From the IMG/VR virus record IMGVR_UViG_3300024350_000006: a DNA stretch of 64,000 nucleotides; one strand, 5' to 3'. Shown here piece by piece: positions 9,445 to 19,929 of the stretch. Under the pieces are notes generated by a model. It ran no database searches. It had not been told where the DNA came from and saw only the letters and a list, made by a program, of their open reading frames with translations. Position numbers and translations under genes: made by a program. How positions within the stretch are numbered: the first letter of the stretch is position 1; each line of letters opens with the position of its first letter. Source of the DNA: a virus.

Positions 9445-11217
9445 ATGATATTTGCTGTTTTTACTTTAATAACGGCTTTAACCATTTCAGCCGTGGCTGC
9501 CTACTATAGTATAGTAGGCCTTACTGCTATTTTCTCTGCGGCAGTAATACCTATCATCATTATGGGTGCCAGTCTAGAAGTTGGTAAGGTTGTGGCAGCG
9601 GTCTGGTTAAAGTTAAACTGGCAACGTGCCAAATTGACCTATAAACTCTATCTGGTACCAGCTGTGGCTTTTTTGATGCTGTTAACCAGTATGGGTATTT
9701 TTGGTTTCCTAAGTAAAGCACACAGCGACCAAAGTTTAGTATCTGGTGATGCTATCAGCAAGGTCGCCATCTACGATGAAAAAATTAACACCGAAAAGGA
9801 AAATATCAATCAGGCCAAAAAAGCACTGGAGCAGATGAACGCTCAAGTAGATCAGATGTTAAGTAGAACTGACAGTGAGCGTGGTACTGAACGTGCAGTT
9901 GCAGTAAGAAAACAACAGGCCAAGGAACGTGCAGAACTACAGACCAACATTAATCGTAGCCAGAAAGAAATACAACGATTACAAGCAGAAAGGGCTCCCC
10001 TGGCTGCTGAATCTCGAAAAGTCGAGGCTGAAGTTGGGCCCATCAAATACATTGCTGCTCTACTCTATGGGGATAATCCTGACCAGAATATTCTGGAACG
10101 AGCAGTGCGCTGGGTAATTATAATTATTGTTCTAGTCTTTGATCCCTTGGCTCTAGTATTGATACTGGCAGCACAACAGAGCTTTAACTGGGCTAGAGAA
10201 GACAAGGCACGGCAGCAGGAAGAAGCTTTGAAAAAGTCCAATGAGGACGAAAAAACCGAACTGGGAGATAAATCGCAAGAGGAATCTCATACGGCGAAGG
10301 CAGGGGATGGAAACCTGACACCTCAAGAAGACACTGTTGCCAGTGAACAAGAATTTTTTGATCGTAGTAAACTAGTAGCTAGGGCTCTAGATCTAGAAGA
10401 TGAACAACAAAGAGCAGAACAAGCTAATCAGGCCTTGAGTGAAATACCAGCCGAGGAAGTTCTAGTTGATCTAGCCCCAGAACCGTCATCCACTGCTTAT
10501 CCGGCCGATGATGGTGTTCTTAGCGCAGCACAACTGGAACAGATCAAGCAGTCCGTGGATACAAATGAAGAAATGGCCAGTGATAAACTGGAACTTTCTA
10601 ACTTAAACACTGTTTTGGAGAAACAACAAGAACAGGAAAAAGAAGTTATTACGCCCAGTCTTACTCAGCAAGTAGAAATGGAATTCGAGCAGGATCAAGC
10701 CAAGGAGGAAGAAAAGTCTGTTGAAGTGGCACAAGTTATAGAGGACAAGCCACCACCTCCCCAGCCTGACACCAGTCCGGCAGAATCAGTTAAAATTAAA
10801 AAAATGGAAGGCGGTTACTGGGACGTAAACAGCAAGATAATGAGCACCGAGGTACTCAGTGTAACCAATCCTGAATTATATAAAAAGTATGTGCTTGAGG
10901 CAGACAATGTAGACGCTGAGGACATAACTAGTGGTTTTGGTACTAGTTTTCCACATCAACCACGTCGTGGAGATATGTTTCTAAGAGTGGACTACCAACC
11001 AAACAAATTATTTAAATTTAATGGCGTTAAATGGATAGAAATAAATAAAGACAGTACCAACGTTTACGCCTATGACGAACAGTATCTAAATTTCCTAATT
11101 GAAAAATTACGTTCGGGGGAATATGATCTAGATCAGCTTTCGGAAACAGAACGTGAACTTGTAGAAAATAAACTCAATAATATTGTACATCAAGAAAGTA
11201 AAAATGACAACACCTAA
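9445..11217 (+). CDS. Multi-pass membrane protein with coiled coil and acidic tail
   Basis: 3 N-terminal TM helices, coiled coil, TM helix, E-rich region. Confidence 0.7.
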   Translation: MIFAVFTLITALTISAVAAYYSIVGLTAIFSAAVIPIIIMGASLEVGKVVAAVWLKLNWQRAKLTYKLYLVPAVAFLMLLTSMGIFGFLSKAHSDQSLVSGDAISKVAIYDEKINTEKENINQAKKALEQMNAQVDQMLSRTDSERGTERAVAVRKQQAKERAELQTNINRSQKEIQRLQAERAPLAAESRKVEAEVGPIKYIAALLYGDNPDQNILERAVRWVIIIIVLVFDPLALVLILAAQQSFNWAREDKARQQEEALKKSNEDEKTELGDKSQEESHTAKAGDGNLTPQEDTVASEQEFFDRSKLVARALDLEDEQQRAEQANQALSEIPAEEVLVDLAPEPSSTAYPADDGVLSAAQLEQIKQSVDTNEEMASDKLELSNLNTVLEKQQEQEKEVITPSLTQQVEMEFEQDQAKEEEKSVEVAQVIEDKPPPPQPDTSPAESVKIKKMEGGYWDVNSKIMSTEVLSVTNPELYKKYVLEADNVDAEDITSGFGTSFPHQPRRGDMFLRVDYQPNKLFKFNGVKWIEINKDSTNVYAYDEQYLNFLIEKLRSGEYDLDQLSETERELVENKLNNIVHQESKNDNT

Positions 11218-11926
11218 AATATCTATCTTATTACCCACACGCAAAAGAACGCAGGCACTAGTTCGTAGTCTTAATAGTCTACTTGCAAGTGCAGATGACA
11301 CCAGTAGAATAGAAGTATTGATAGCATATGATGAGGATGATGAAGAAAGTAAAAGTTTTTTTGCTAACATCTGGCCTGGCTATCTAGATCAATGCAAGGC
11401 AACCTCCAGAATTTTTGAAACCGAAAGATTTGGTTATACTAGGTTAAACCGATACGTAAACTTGTTAGCAGAAAATGCTAGCGGCGAGTGGTTATTTTTC
11501 TGGAACGACGATGCACTTATGGAAACTGATGGCTGGGACACAGAGGTTATCAAACACACTGGATATCCTGGTCTACTAAGAATGCCCTGTAGTACAATGA
11601 ATCATCCCTTTGCTTTATTTCCCGTGGTTAACCGTCGCTGGCTAGACCTCTTTGGAGAGTTAAGTCCAGTGAGTCACAGTGATTGGTGGATTTATAATGT
11701 CACAGCACCATTGGGCCTAGTTAAAAATATACCCGTAACTGTCTACCACGATCGTGCAGATGTTACTGGTAATAATGCAGATGAAACCTATGCCGAACGT
11801 AGTTATAGTGCCGACGGCCAAAACCCCACAGATCCCTACGATTATTCGCATCCAGAACGTAGACAGGATTTAGTAAAATGGATAGAAAAGTTGCGTGAGC
11901 ACTGTAATGAATTAGTGGATGTCTAG
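11204..11926 (+). CDS. Glycosyltransferase family 2 (GT-A)
   Basis: KISILLPTRKR...WLFFWNDD. Confidence 0.75.
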   Translation: MTTPKISILLPTRKRTQALVRSLNSLLASADDTSRIEVLIAYDEDDEESKSFFANIWPGYLDQCKATSRIFETERFGYTRLNRYVNLLAENASGEWLFFWNDDALMETDGWDTEVIKHTGYPGLLRMPCSTMNHPFALFPVVNRRWLDLFGELSPVSHSDWWIYNVTAPLGLVKNIPVTVYHDRADVTGNNADETYAERSYSADGQNPTDPYDYSHPERRQDLVKWIEKLREHCNELVDV

Positions 11927-12161
11927 GAACTTTATGGAAAAAATGATATCAGGACTTAACGTATTTGTTAAAAACGACAACGTGGAACAGGCGCTTAGAC
12001 GTCTTAAAAAGAAAGTTGCTAATTCTGGTAAGTTACAGGAAATTAAAGATCGAGAACAGTACGAAAAACCCACCACCCGCCGCAAGCGGAAAAAAGCAGC
12101 AGCTAAAAATCGTTGGCAGAAAAAACTTGCCAGCGAGCGCCTACCACGTCAGCTCTATTAA
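11919..12161 (+). CDS. rpsU: Phage-encoded ribosomal protein bS21
   Basis: VFVKNDNVEQALRRLKKK...QEIKDREQYEKPTTRRKRKKAAAK; true start may be 11934 or 11943. Confidence 0.88.
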   Translation: MSRNFMEKMISGLNVFVKNDNVEQALRRLKKKVANSGKLQEIKDREQYEKPTTRRKRKKAAAKNRWQKKLASERLPRQLY

Positions 12162-12214
12162 GCAGTTCACCAAAAATATTGTATTTTCACCCTAGATAGT
12201 TTATAATAAATACA

Positions 12215-12271
12215 GTTGTAGATGCCCGGTTGGGGTCTACAACAATCTTGCTTATTTTTAAGGAGAAAACA
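12215..12271 (+). promoter_or_regulatory. ROSE-like RNA thermometer in the hsp20 5' UTR
   Basis: Hairpin gttgtaga/tctacaac, then UCUUGCUUA pairing with UAAGGAGA (SD) with a bulged G; UUGCU ROSE signature. Confidence 0.7.
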
Positions 12272-12715
12272 ATGAAGCAATATTCTATTCAAACTCTTGA
12301 CCTTCCTAGTTTTGTACGCAACAGCGTGGGCTTTGATCGCCTATTTGAAGATCTTGGTCGCACCTTTGCCAACAGTCGTAGCGGAGAAAACTATCCTCCC
12401 TACAACATTAGTAAACTAGACGACACCCATTGGGTGATCGAGGTTGCAGTGGCTGGTTTCGCCGAAGATGAGATTGACGTCGAACTTAAAGAGTCAACAC
12501 TCACTATCCGCGGCACTCGTGAAACCAATGACAAAGACATTGAGTACATTCACAAGGGTATCAGCTCACGCAGTTTTGAGCGCACCTACACTCTAGGTGC
12601 TCACGTAGAAGTTCGTGGTGCTACTGTAAAAAATGGTATTCTTAGCGTGGCTCTTGAACAGGTAATTCCTGAAGAAGAGCGTGCCAAGAAGATCCCCATT
12701 ACTTTTACTAAGTAA
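12272..12715 (+). CDS. hsp20: Small heat-shock protein Hsp20 (IbpA-like)
   Basis: GFDRLF...NYPPYNI...IEVAVAGF...YIHKGISSRSFER...NGILSV. Confidence 0.93.
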   Translation: MKQYSIQTLDLPSFVRNSVGFDRLFEDLGRTFANSRSGENYPPYNISKLDDTHWVIEVAVAGFAEDEIDVELKESTLTIRGTRETNDKDIEYIHKGISSRSFERTYTLGAHVEVRGATVKNGILSVALEQVIPEEERAKKIPITFTK

Positions 12716-12768
12716 ACACGCACAGGGGCCTGTCCCCTGTGTGTCCATATACCTATCAAGATAACATT

Positions 12769-13074
12769 ATGTCAGATACAGAAACAGTAGTAAAGATCAA
12801 GACTCGCGAAGATATCAAGGAACCACTTAGATATCACGTTATCTATCTTAATGATGAAGTAACCACACAGGAATTTGTAGTTGAAAGTCTTGTGGCAGTG
12901 TTTAATTATGATAGAATTACTGCTGAGGAACTTACAATGAAGATTCATCACGAAGGTAGTTCCATAGTGGCCACACTTCCTTATGAAATGGCCGAACAAA
13001 AAGGTGTGGAAGTAACTCTACTGGCTCGTAACAACGGCTATCCCCTTGTAGTTAAACTAGAACCCGAGGCCTAG
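12769..13074 (+). CDS. clpS: ATP-dependent Clp protease adaptor ClpS
   Basis: YHVIYLNDEVTTQEFVV...IHHEG...YEMAEQK...YPL. Confidence 0.88.
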   Translation: MSDTETVVKIKTREDIKEPLRYHVIYLNDEVTTQEFVVESLVAVFNYDRITAEELTMKIHHEGSSIVATLPYEMAEQKGVEVTLLARNNGYPLVVKLEPEA

Positions 13075-13611
13075 ATGACTCAGGCAGTTATGCTGGACAT
13101 TGAAACTCTGGGTATACGTCCCGAGAGTGTGATACTCACACTTGGCGCGGTAAAGTTTGATCCCTACATTCCTGGAAAAATATATGATGGACTCTATCTA
13201 CGTGTAGATGTAGACGAACAAATAGCACAGGGTAGATTGGTAGATCCCGAAACTGTAGACTGGTGGGGTAAACAAAGTGAACCAATTCGAGAAGAAGCTC
13301 TAGGAGATAAGGACCGAGTTAGTGTTACTGATTTAATGAAACAATTAAACAAATTTCTCGTAGCAGTTGATGAAATATGGTGTCAAGGTCCTAGTTTTGA
13401 TATTGTTATTCTAGAAAATATCTATAGGCAATATGAGACTCCACATAACTGGAAGTATTTTCAGATACGAGATAGTAGAACCTTATTTCAGGTACACGGA
13501 GATCCACGAGATAGAAATTCTGCAGGACTTCACAATGCGCTAGAAGATTGTATAAGTCAGGCACAGGGTGTACAAAAAATTTATAAAGATCTAGGCATAC
13601 AAAAGAGATGA
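13075..13611 (+). CDS. DEDDh 3'-5' exonuclease/exoribonuclease
   Basis: MLDIETL...WCQGPSFD...RDSRT...HNALED. Confidence 0.82.
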   Translation: MTQAVMLDIETLGIRPESVILTLGAVKFDPYIPGKIYDGLYLRVDVDEQIAQGRLVDPETVDWWGKQSEPIREEALGDKDRVSVTDLMKQLNKFLVAVDEIWCQGPSFDIVILENIYRQYETPHNWKYFQIRDSRTLFQVHGDPRDRNSAGLHNALEDCISQAQGVQKIYKDLGIQKR

Positions 13612-14099
13612 GAAAAATCAAGATTGTAAAATCCAAGGATGCGTTAGTATCAACTAGGAAATACTATCTTGCCTACGGTCTAAATACCAACTTACAAAGT
13701 ATGCTAGCAAGATGTCCCGACGCCAAGTTATTGGGCAATGTTTTAATTAAAGGCTATAAATTAGTTTTTAAAACGCATTGCGATATCGTCGCAGAAAAAA
13801 ATAGTGATCTAAATTGTGTACTCTGGAGCATTACTCAACAATGCGAAAAAAACCTTGATTTATTAGAAGGGTATCCAGAATACTATGTCAAAAAAAATCT
13901 GAACGTAAGTTTTCAGGGTAAAACAGTACAAGCGTTAATTTATTGTATGCGCGAAAAAAACAGTGAAATTTTGCCCAGTCAAAATTATCTTGATCTTGTG
14001 GTCGCGGGTTATCGTGAAAACAAACTAGATCTTGATCAAATAAAGCGAGCCCTGCTTAGTGCCCACAAACAAGAAACAAATAATAGTTATAAAGTATAG
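13608..14099 (+). CDS. Gamma-glutamylcyclotransferase-like protein
   Basis: YLAYGLNTN...RCPDA...LDLLEGYP. Confidence 0.75.
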   Translation: MRKIKIVKSKDALVSTRKYYLAYGLNTNLQSMLARCPDAKLLGNVLIKGYKLVFKTHCDIVAEKNSDLNCVLWSITQQCEKNLDLLEGYPEYYVKKNLNVSFQGKTVQALIYCMREKNSEILPSQNYLDLVVAGYRENKLDLDQIKRALLSAHKQETNNSYKV

Positions 14100-14182
14100 T
14101 ATTATGCCATATAATATATTTTAATGATTCCTTACAAGGTTGTAAATATTGTTAATTACCAAGATAAGGTAATACTAACAAT

Positions 14183-15064
14183 ATGAGATTTACAAAAAAA
14201 CTAAAAATTTATTTGGCCTTTGCGGGCCTATTTTTTTCAGCTGCACTTCCAGCACAAACCTACGATTCTAGTACTCTAGTAGATACTAATAGTACAAGTA
14301 CCAGCACCAGCACGGTGAACAGCACTAGTACCAGTACAGCTACAAACAATACAAACGTCAACAGTACTAGTACTAACACTAATACAAATATAAACAGTGG
14401 TGATCAGACTATAAGAAATGTCTATAGTGGAACTCAGACTATAAACAACAACACAAATTATAGTGGAAGTCAGACATTAAACAATAATATGAATTATAGT
14501 GGTGAACAAACCATCAACAATGTGCAGAGTGGTGGCACTACTAATACTAATAACAACAGTAACAGTTATAGCGGTGATCAAACCATACGTAATGTACAGA
14601 GTGGTGGCACTACAAATAAGAATATTAACGACGTTACACAGAAAGTTATACAACCTCCACCCACAGCCATTGCACCAGCAATGATGTCGGGAGGTAACAA
14701 TGATTTGTGTACCACAGGAACTTCAGGTGCAGTGCAAACACAAATATTAGGTGTGAGTACTGGTGGAACAGTTCGTGATATGAACTGCGAACGTTTAAAA
14801 TTAGCCAGTAGATTATACGATATGGGAATGAAGGTAGCCGCAGTTGCCACACTGTGTCAAGACCGTCGTGTGTTTGATGCTATGTGGAACGCTGGCACTC
14901 CTTGCCCCTATGAGGGCAAGATTGGAGATGCTGCACGTGAGCTATGGGAACAAAATCCTACCAAAATCCCAAGAGTAGAGGAACTCGCAAAAGATGATAC
15001 AGTTAAGAAAATGGGCATCGGCGCTTTGCTTGGCGCTGTTATCTATAAGTTATTCGCCTTCTAA
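14183..15064 (+). CDS. Secreted/membrane protein with N/T/S-rich repeats
   Basis: Signal peptide, NYSGxQTINN repeats, Cys-containing domain, C-terminal TM. Confidence 0.65.
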   Translation: MRFTKKLKIYLAFAGLFFSAALPAQTYDSSTLVDTNSTSTSTSTVNSTSTSTATNNTNVNSTSTNTNTNINSGDQTIRNVYSGTQTINNNTNYSGSQTLNNNMNYSGEQTINNVQSGGTTNTNNNSNSYSGDQTIRNVQSGGTTNKNINDVTQKVIQPPPTAIAPAMMSGGNNDLCTTGTSGAVQTQILGVSTGGTVRDMNCERLKLASRLYDMGMKVAAVATLCQDRRVFDAMWNAGTPCPYEGKIGDAARELWEQNPTKIPRVEELAKDDTVKKMGIGALLGAVIYKLFAF

Positions 15065-16466
15065 CGCCCAGACTTCAGTAACTGACAATCTAGTAGGTAA
15101 TACTGGAAACTCTTGGAGCGGCTGTTATTCTAATAGTGCAGGATCCTTCTGGGGAGGTATATTTGGCGGTCCTTGTCCAGGAGTTAGGGACGATGGCTAT
15201 ATGGTGTTTAGTTACGGACAATACACTCTTAGTCAAAGCATAGCCATTAATCAAGCACTAGCTAACGCTGGGTCTGGATTACAGGTCAGCGGTTATAACT
15301 ATTCCTGGAGTGTTAAAAATTCTAATATAAACGGATGGCAGCCAGGTAGTTATGATCCAATTGCCTATATAGACGTTAACCTTTACAGTAACACAGGCTC
15401 TTTATTGGTAAATGATAGATACAATTATGGTTATCATATTCCAAGTTGGACCACATTCTCTGGTACAAGAAATTATACAACACCATATGCTACCTCGGGT
15501 CTTGGCAATATTCAGTTGTCAGTAACAGCTAAAGATTCAGGATTTTGGGCAGGATATTACGGTCCTGAATTTATGAATTTTAATCTTAGTTTAAATTATA
15601 GTTTAGATCCCTGTGTAAACAATCCTTTGTATAGTACAACTTGTACGGGCTACGCTGCTGCCTATCTAGCTAGTTTATCTAAAACAAGTACTACCAGTGT
15701 TTCTCCCACAGCTACATCAACTGGTATTGTGCCTGATGCAACCAAAACAGATCCCACAGTTACCAATGTTGGGGGAGTAGAACTGAGCACCTCGGGAAAA
15801 GTAAGTGCGCCTGATAATATACCTCAGGTTGTCAAAGACAGTCAAGCGCCATCTCAGAATTCTGCCGTGAAGAAAGATAACTCAGCAGCGGTGGCAGCAG
15901 GGCTAAATGCCATTAAGAAAAATGCAGAAAGAGATCAGGCTATAGTAAATCAAACACTAAGCGCAGTAGAGGCTAACAATAATAGTGTACAATCGTCAGC
16001 GATAAACAATTCTTTAAGTACAGCAAGAGAAAGCAGTGAAAAAACTGGGGTAGGGACATTTAATGGTTTAAACGTAGCTATGAGAACTACAAATAATACT
16101 ATTAATAGTGCAGTTAATGAAATACAAAATAATAACCTTACTAACAGTCTTATTAATAACCTACTACAACCAAGTACAAGTTTAAGAATTGATCAAACAC
16201 CCCAAGAGCAGAGAGCATCCACAGTTAATCGCAACGCTCCTAATAACGAATTAGCAGGTGGAGTTAGTTTAGACAGTATGGCACGTACACCACAGGGATT
16301 TGAGGCCTATATGGCAGGCCTAGTAGATCGTCCTTTTTATGCACCTAGAGAAATCTATCGAGGACAACGAACAGTAGACAACGCAAGAGCCGAGCGTTTT
16401 TTAAATGGTGCTAGTGATGCTCTGCACCAACGTATGGTAGAACAACAATATAACTTAGGAAACTAA
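14994..16466 (+). CDS. Secreted hypothetical protein
   Basis: Signal peptide; beta-rich N-terminal domain ending GFWAGYYGPEF. Confidence 0.65.
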   Translation: MIQLRKWASALCLALLSISYSPSNAQTSVTDNLVGNTGNSWSGCYSNSAGSFWGGIFGGPCPGVRDDGYMVFSYGQYTLSQSIAINQALANAGSGLQVSGYNYSWSVKNSNINGWQPGSYDPIAYIDVNLYSNTGSLLVNDRYNYGYHIPSWTTFSGTRNYTTPYATSGLGNIQLSVTAKDSGFWAGYYGPEFMNFNLSLNYSLDPCVNNPLYSTTCTGYAAAYLASLSKTSTTSVSPTATSTGIVPDATKTDPTVTNVGGVELSTSGKVSAPDNIPQVVKDSQAPSQNSAVKKDNSAAVAAGLNAIKKNAERDQAIVNQTLSAVEANNNSVQSSAINNSLSTARESSEKTGVGTFNGLNVAMRTTNNTINSAVNEIQNNNLTNSLINNLLQPSTSLRIDQTPQEQRASTVNRNAPNNELAGGVSLDSMARTPQGFEAYMAGLVDRPFYAPREIYRGQRTVDNARAERFLNGASDALHQRMVEQQYNLGN

Positions 16467-16467
16467 A

Positions 16468-17340
16468 ATGGCAGAAGAAAATGAAAATAAAAATGAAGAA
16501 GAACTAGAAGACGATGAGTCTCAAGAAGATGAATCTGAAGAGCAAGAGGAAGAAGAAGAGTCAGATGATGACTCTAATCTTGATGAATTAGTTGCAGGTG
16601 CTGCCGCCGCTGGTCTTGCTGGTGCAGCAGCTAGTAGAGGCTCTGCTAAGTCCAAGAGTAAAAAGTCTGCTAAAGGTAAACCTGTCGTAAAAGGCAAAGC
16701 CAAACCAGCAAAGCCTGTGATGCCCGAAGGTACAGTAGACATCAATGCTAAAGTAGAAGATCTACAAAAGCTTACAGACAAAAATACTGTATGGACTGTA
16801 GCTGGTTATAGTTTCACTCCAGCAAAGTTGATGATACTGGGTACTATTTTAAGTACAGCTCTTGGTGGTCTTTATGGCGCATTTGAAGTCTATAAAGACT
16901 ATATGGATATGAAAGAGAAGATCGCAAAGTATGTGGCTCCTGACTTATCTGAAATCTATAAGAAAATGGAAGTGTTAGAGGCTACTACAAATAAGAGTGT
17001 AGAATATACACAGGACATCAAAAACGATCTTAAGAACGATATACGTCGTTTGGAAAGTGTTGTAGAGAGTGTAGAGCGTGACAGTAAAATAGCGCAGAGA
17101 GAAACTGATAAATCAGTTCAGGACGCACGTAGAGATGTACGTGAAACTAAGCAAGAAGTAGATCGTATTACTAGACAGTTAGAAAAGGACACTACACAGC
17201 AGAATAAGGAATTACAGCGACAAGTTGACGGGGCAGTAAGACAACTACAAAAGGAAAATGAACAAGAAATCAAGCAATTACGCCGGGAACTTGATGATAA
17301 AATCAAAAAAGCATTAGATAATCCTTTATCAGGAAAATAA
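16468..17340 (+). CDS. Single-pass membrane protein, acidic N-terminus and long coiled coil
   Basis: E/D-rich start, TM helix, heptad-rich C-terminus. Confidence 0.65.
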   Translation: MAEENENKNEEELEDDESQEDESEEQEEEEESDDDSNLDELVAGAAAAGLAGAAASRGSAKSKSKKSAKGKPVVKGKAKPAKPVMPEGTVDINAKVEDLQKLTDKNTVWTVAGYSFTPAKLMILGTILSTALGGLYGAFEVYKDYMDMKEKIAKYVAPDLSEIYKKMEVLEATTNKSVEYTQDIKNDLKNDIRRLESVVESVERDSKIAQRETDKSVQDARRDVRETKQEVDRITRQLEKDTTQQNKELQRQVDGAVRQLQKENEQEIKQLRRELDDKIKKALDNPLSGK

Positions 17341-17347
17341 ATACCAT

Positions 17348-17689
17348 ATGAAAACCACTCTAGCTGCCATCTTACTGGCCACTATAGCCTCGGCAGCTAG
17401 TGCCGAACCACATTCCCGACAAGTCCGTATGATGTGCGGTAGCCTTGAGGAAGTGGAAATGACAGTGGAAAAGTATGGGGAAAAATTGATAATTGCCACG
17501 CAAGCCCCCAACGAAGAAAGTCATAACCTATTGTATGTTAACTTTGAAACACAGACATCCAGCTGGTTTATACACGATCTAGGAACTAATGAATACTGTA
17601 TGGCGGGAGTAGGAAAAGCAATACATATTCCCGAGGACAGTCCTATAAAACAAGGCACAGGAATTGGAACAAGAATTAATTACAAATAA
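17348..17689 (+). CDS. Secreted hypothetical protein
   Basis: Signal peptide MKTTLAAILLATIASAASA. Confidence 0.6.
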   Translation: MKTTLAAILLATIASAASAEPHSRQVRMMCGSLEEVEMTVEKYGEKLIIATQAPNEESHNLLYVNFETQTSSWFIHDLGTNEYCMAGVGKAIHIPEDSPIKQGTGIGTRINYK

Positions 17690-17714
17690 AAACCTGGATT
17701 TTCCAGGTTTTTTT
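17688..17714 (+). terminator. Rho-independent terminator
   Basis: aaaacctgga-ttt-tccaggttttttt. Confidence 0.75.
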
Positions 17715-17731
17715 ATGACAAGGAGCAAGCT

Positions 17732-17812
17732 ATGAGCTGGTTCGGACACAGACCCCAAAGAAATCCACCCCCACCCCCACAACCCAGTAAATCCCCTAAT
17801 CGTATCGAATAA
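17732..17812 (+). CDS. 26-aa proline-rich peptide MSWFGHRPQRNPPPPPQPSKSPNRIE (not in ORF track)
   Basis: AAGGAG SD upstream, ATG at 17732, TAA at 17810. Confidence 0.5.
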   Translation: MSWFGHRPQRNPPPPPQPSKSPNRIE

Positions 17813-17873
17813 ATACCCAGTATTCAACTATATTTGATTCTCAAAATAATAACAATAAAGGAATCAACTAAGC

Positions 17874-18653
17874 GTGGATCCACTAACGCTGTTCGCGCTG
17901 GCCAATGGGGCCGTTAAACTTGTAAAGGAAGGCTGTAAACTCTACAAGGATATAAAAGGAGCTGCTGGGGACATAAAAGACGTCCTCCAGGATCTTGACG
18001 ACCAATTCCATCAGAAATACAAAGATCGTACACCAACTGTAGCAGAAAAAAACCAGTATATAGCTGAAAAAAATCGTATCATTGACTTAAACAAACAAAG
18101 CGGTGATACTACCAACATATACACACAAATTGGAGAACAGCTGGGCGTATATTTTGATAACCTGCATAAGTGTAATGCAGTATTTCAGGAAGAAGAACGT
18201 CGCAGCAAGACCGAAGTTTACCACGGAGAAGACAGTGTAGGAAAACGTGCCCTACAACGTGTTCTACTTAAAAAGCAACTAGATGCAATGGGCGCTGAAC
18301 TACGAGAAATTATGGTATATCAAAGTCCTCCAGAACTAGGAGCTCTGTGGACTGAAGTAGAAGCAATGATGAAGGTAGTAGGCAAAGAACAGGCTGGTGC
18401 TATCGCTCTAGAAATGCAGAGAGAGGCGGCTGCTAGAAAACGAAAACAAAAAAGAATTAAACAGATTAAAGAACGCATAGCCTGTTGGTCTGTAAGTTTA
18501 ATTGCAGTTTTGTATGCTTTATGGTTACTCTGGGCCATTGTGCAGATAAGAATAGAAGTAAAACCAGAACTGGGCCGTTGTCTACTACCCAAGGGAACTT
18601 TGTTTTATGAAAGCTATAACAACTTAAAATGGGTCGAGTGTGAAATCAAATAA
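17874..18653 (+). CDS. Hypothetical membrane-anchored coiled-coil protein
   Basis: GTG start, helical, C-terminal TM. Confidence 0.6.
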   Translation: MDPLTLFALANGAVKLVKEGCKLYKDIKGAAGDIKDVLQDLDDQFHQKYKDRTPTVAEKNQYIAEKNRIIDLNKQSGDTTNIYTQIGEQLGVYFDNLHKCNAVFQEEERRSKTEVYHGEDSVGKRALQRVLLKKQLDAMGAELREIMVYQSPPELGALWTEVEAMMKVVGKEQAGAIALEMQREAAARKRKQKRIKQIKERIACWSVSLIAVLYALWLLWAIVQIRIEVKPELGRCLLPKGTLFYESYNNLKWVECEIK

Positions 18654-18792
18654 CTATATGAATACCAGGAAACAAATATGACTATTTTTATGCGCTCGCT
18701 TTTTTTAATTTTTACTTTCCTTGCAATTCATTTTGGGGATATTTTTGGTATCTTGCTAGCAGTGTCAGGTTTTATAGTGATGGAAAAGTTTT

Positions 18793-18990
18793 GTGAAGAT
18801 CTCGAGAAATTCAATGGCAAAGATTAATCAACAATTAATTCTTAGAATGGTTGAGAACGGATATTCCGACGAAGCCATAGCCCAAAGATTACGTTACGAC
18901 GTTATTATAGTTAAAACTGTAAGAGAAAAGGCTCAGACTATTAATTCTAAATTAAAAATGGATGACGATAAAAACACCTTTAATCGTTAA
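18793..18990 (+). CDS. Small HTH-like protein
   Basis: ENGYSDEAIAQRLRYDVIIV. Confidence 0.35.
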   Translation: MKISRNSMAKINQQLILRMVENGYSDEAIAQRLRYDVIIVKTVREKAQTINSKLKMDDDKNTFNR

Positions 18991-19570
18991 TCTTTATCCC
19001 TAGTTTTTTTAATCTATCCTGTATTATTGTAACTGTTCTGGGACTCATTACTATTTCGTAATGATTAACATCTAGATCTACTAGATCCATCTTGTCCGCT
19101 AGCGAACGTTGGCTAGCCAGTGTAACTACTCCATCGTTAGGTTCCACTATAAAAGGACTTGCACCACGTGTACTAACTACATTTAACCAGGGCCAGGATA
19201 TTTCCATATCCTGTATATGACTCATAGGGTAACTCTTGGGCCCAATATCGCGCATCAATCTACTAAATGGCACAAAGTACTTTGCATAGTCTGCTGCTTT
19301 GCTACCACCATAAGGAGTGGACAATGTAATGGCTCCCTGTATTCTGTCAGCTAGTCGTTCAGCTAGATGCAGAGCGTAAATGCCTCCTAGACTGTGACAG
19401 ATAAAAAAGATTTTTTTATAGATTTTAAGTCTATCCTGCATAATAGCAAGATTGTTTTCGAACCCGTTATCGCTATTGTACTCTACACAAGTATCGATTC
19501 CACCTATATGCTCTCTAATATAGTTAAAGCTTTCCTGCGTGGCGCTTGCGCCGTGTATATAAACAATCAT
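18980..19570 (-). CDS. Alpha/beta hydrolase (lipase/esterase-like)
   Basis: YIHGA, CHSLGG nucleophile elbow, STPYGGS, NDGVV, NH. Confidence 0.82.
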   Translation of the reverse strand: MIVYIHGASATQESFNYIREHIGGIDTCVEYNSDNGFENNLAIMQDRLKIYKKIFFICHSLGGIYALHLAERLADRIQGAITLSTPYGGSKAADYAKYFVPFSRLMRDIGPKSYPMSHIQDMEISWPWLNVVSTRGASPFIVEPNDGVVTLASQRSLADKMDLVDLDVNHYEIVMSPRTVTIIQDRLKKLGIKIND

Positions 19571-19571
19571 T

Positions 19572-19844
19572 TTATTTTAAATTTGTACTAATTAATTTTC
19601 CGTCTACGCCCTGTACTAGAAATTTTTCTAGATCAGTAATCTTAATTAGCCTTTTTTGACCGTCAATTTCAACTAGTTTAAAATACTCACCCACTTCCCA
19701 GCCTAGTTTTTCTAATTCTATAGATCTATCTAGAGTAATTCCCTCGTTAGTTAAGTCCCAGGTGAAATCCATAAACACTACAATTCTTCCCTTGCTTTCT
19801 ATTATAGGAGGATATGTGTTAGTAGCCCAAATAATATGCCGCAT
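19572..19844 (-). CDS. Hypothetical protein (true start probably nearer 19780)
   Basis: DFTWDL...ITLD...LGWEVGEYFKL. Confidence 0.5.
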   Translation of the reverse strand: MRHIIWATNTYPPIIESKGRIVVFMDFTWDLTNEGITLDRSIELEKLGWEVGEYFKLVEIDGQKRLIKITDLEKFLVQGVDGKLISTNLK

Positions 19845-19929
19845 AACATTCCCCTAGTAAAAAAGCTCAAGTCTTGATCGTGGTCATCTAGATCGTTATT
19901 ATCAGTAGTAGGCTGAGTGGGGCAGGATT

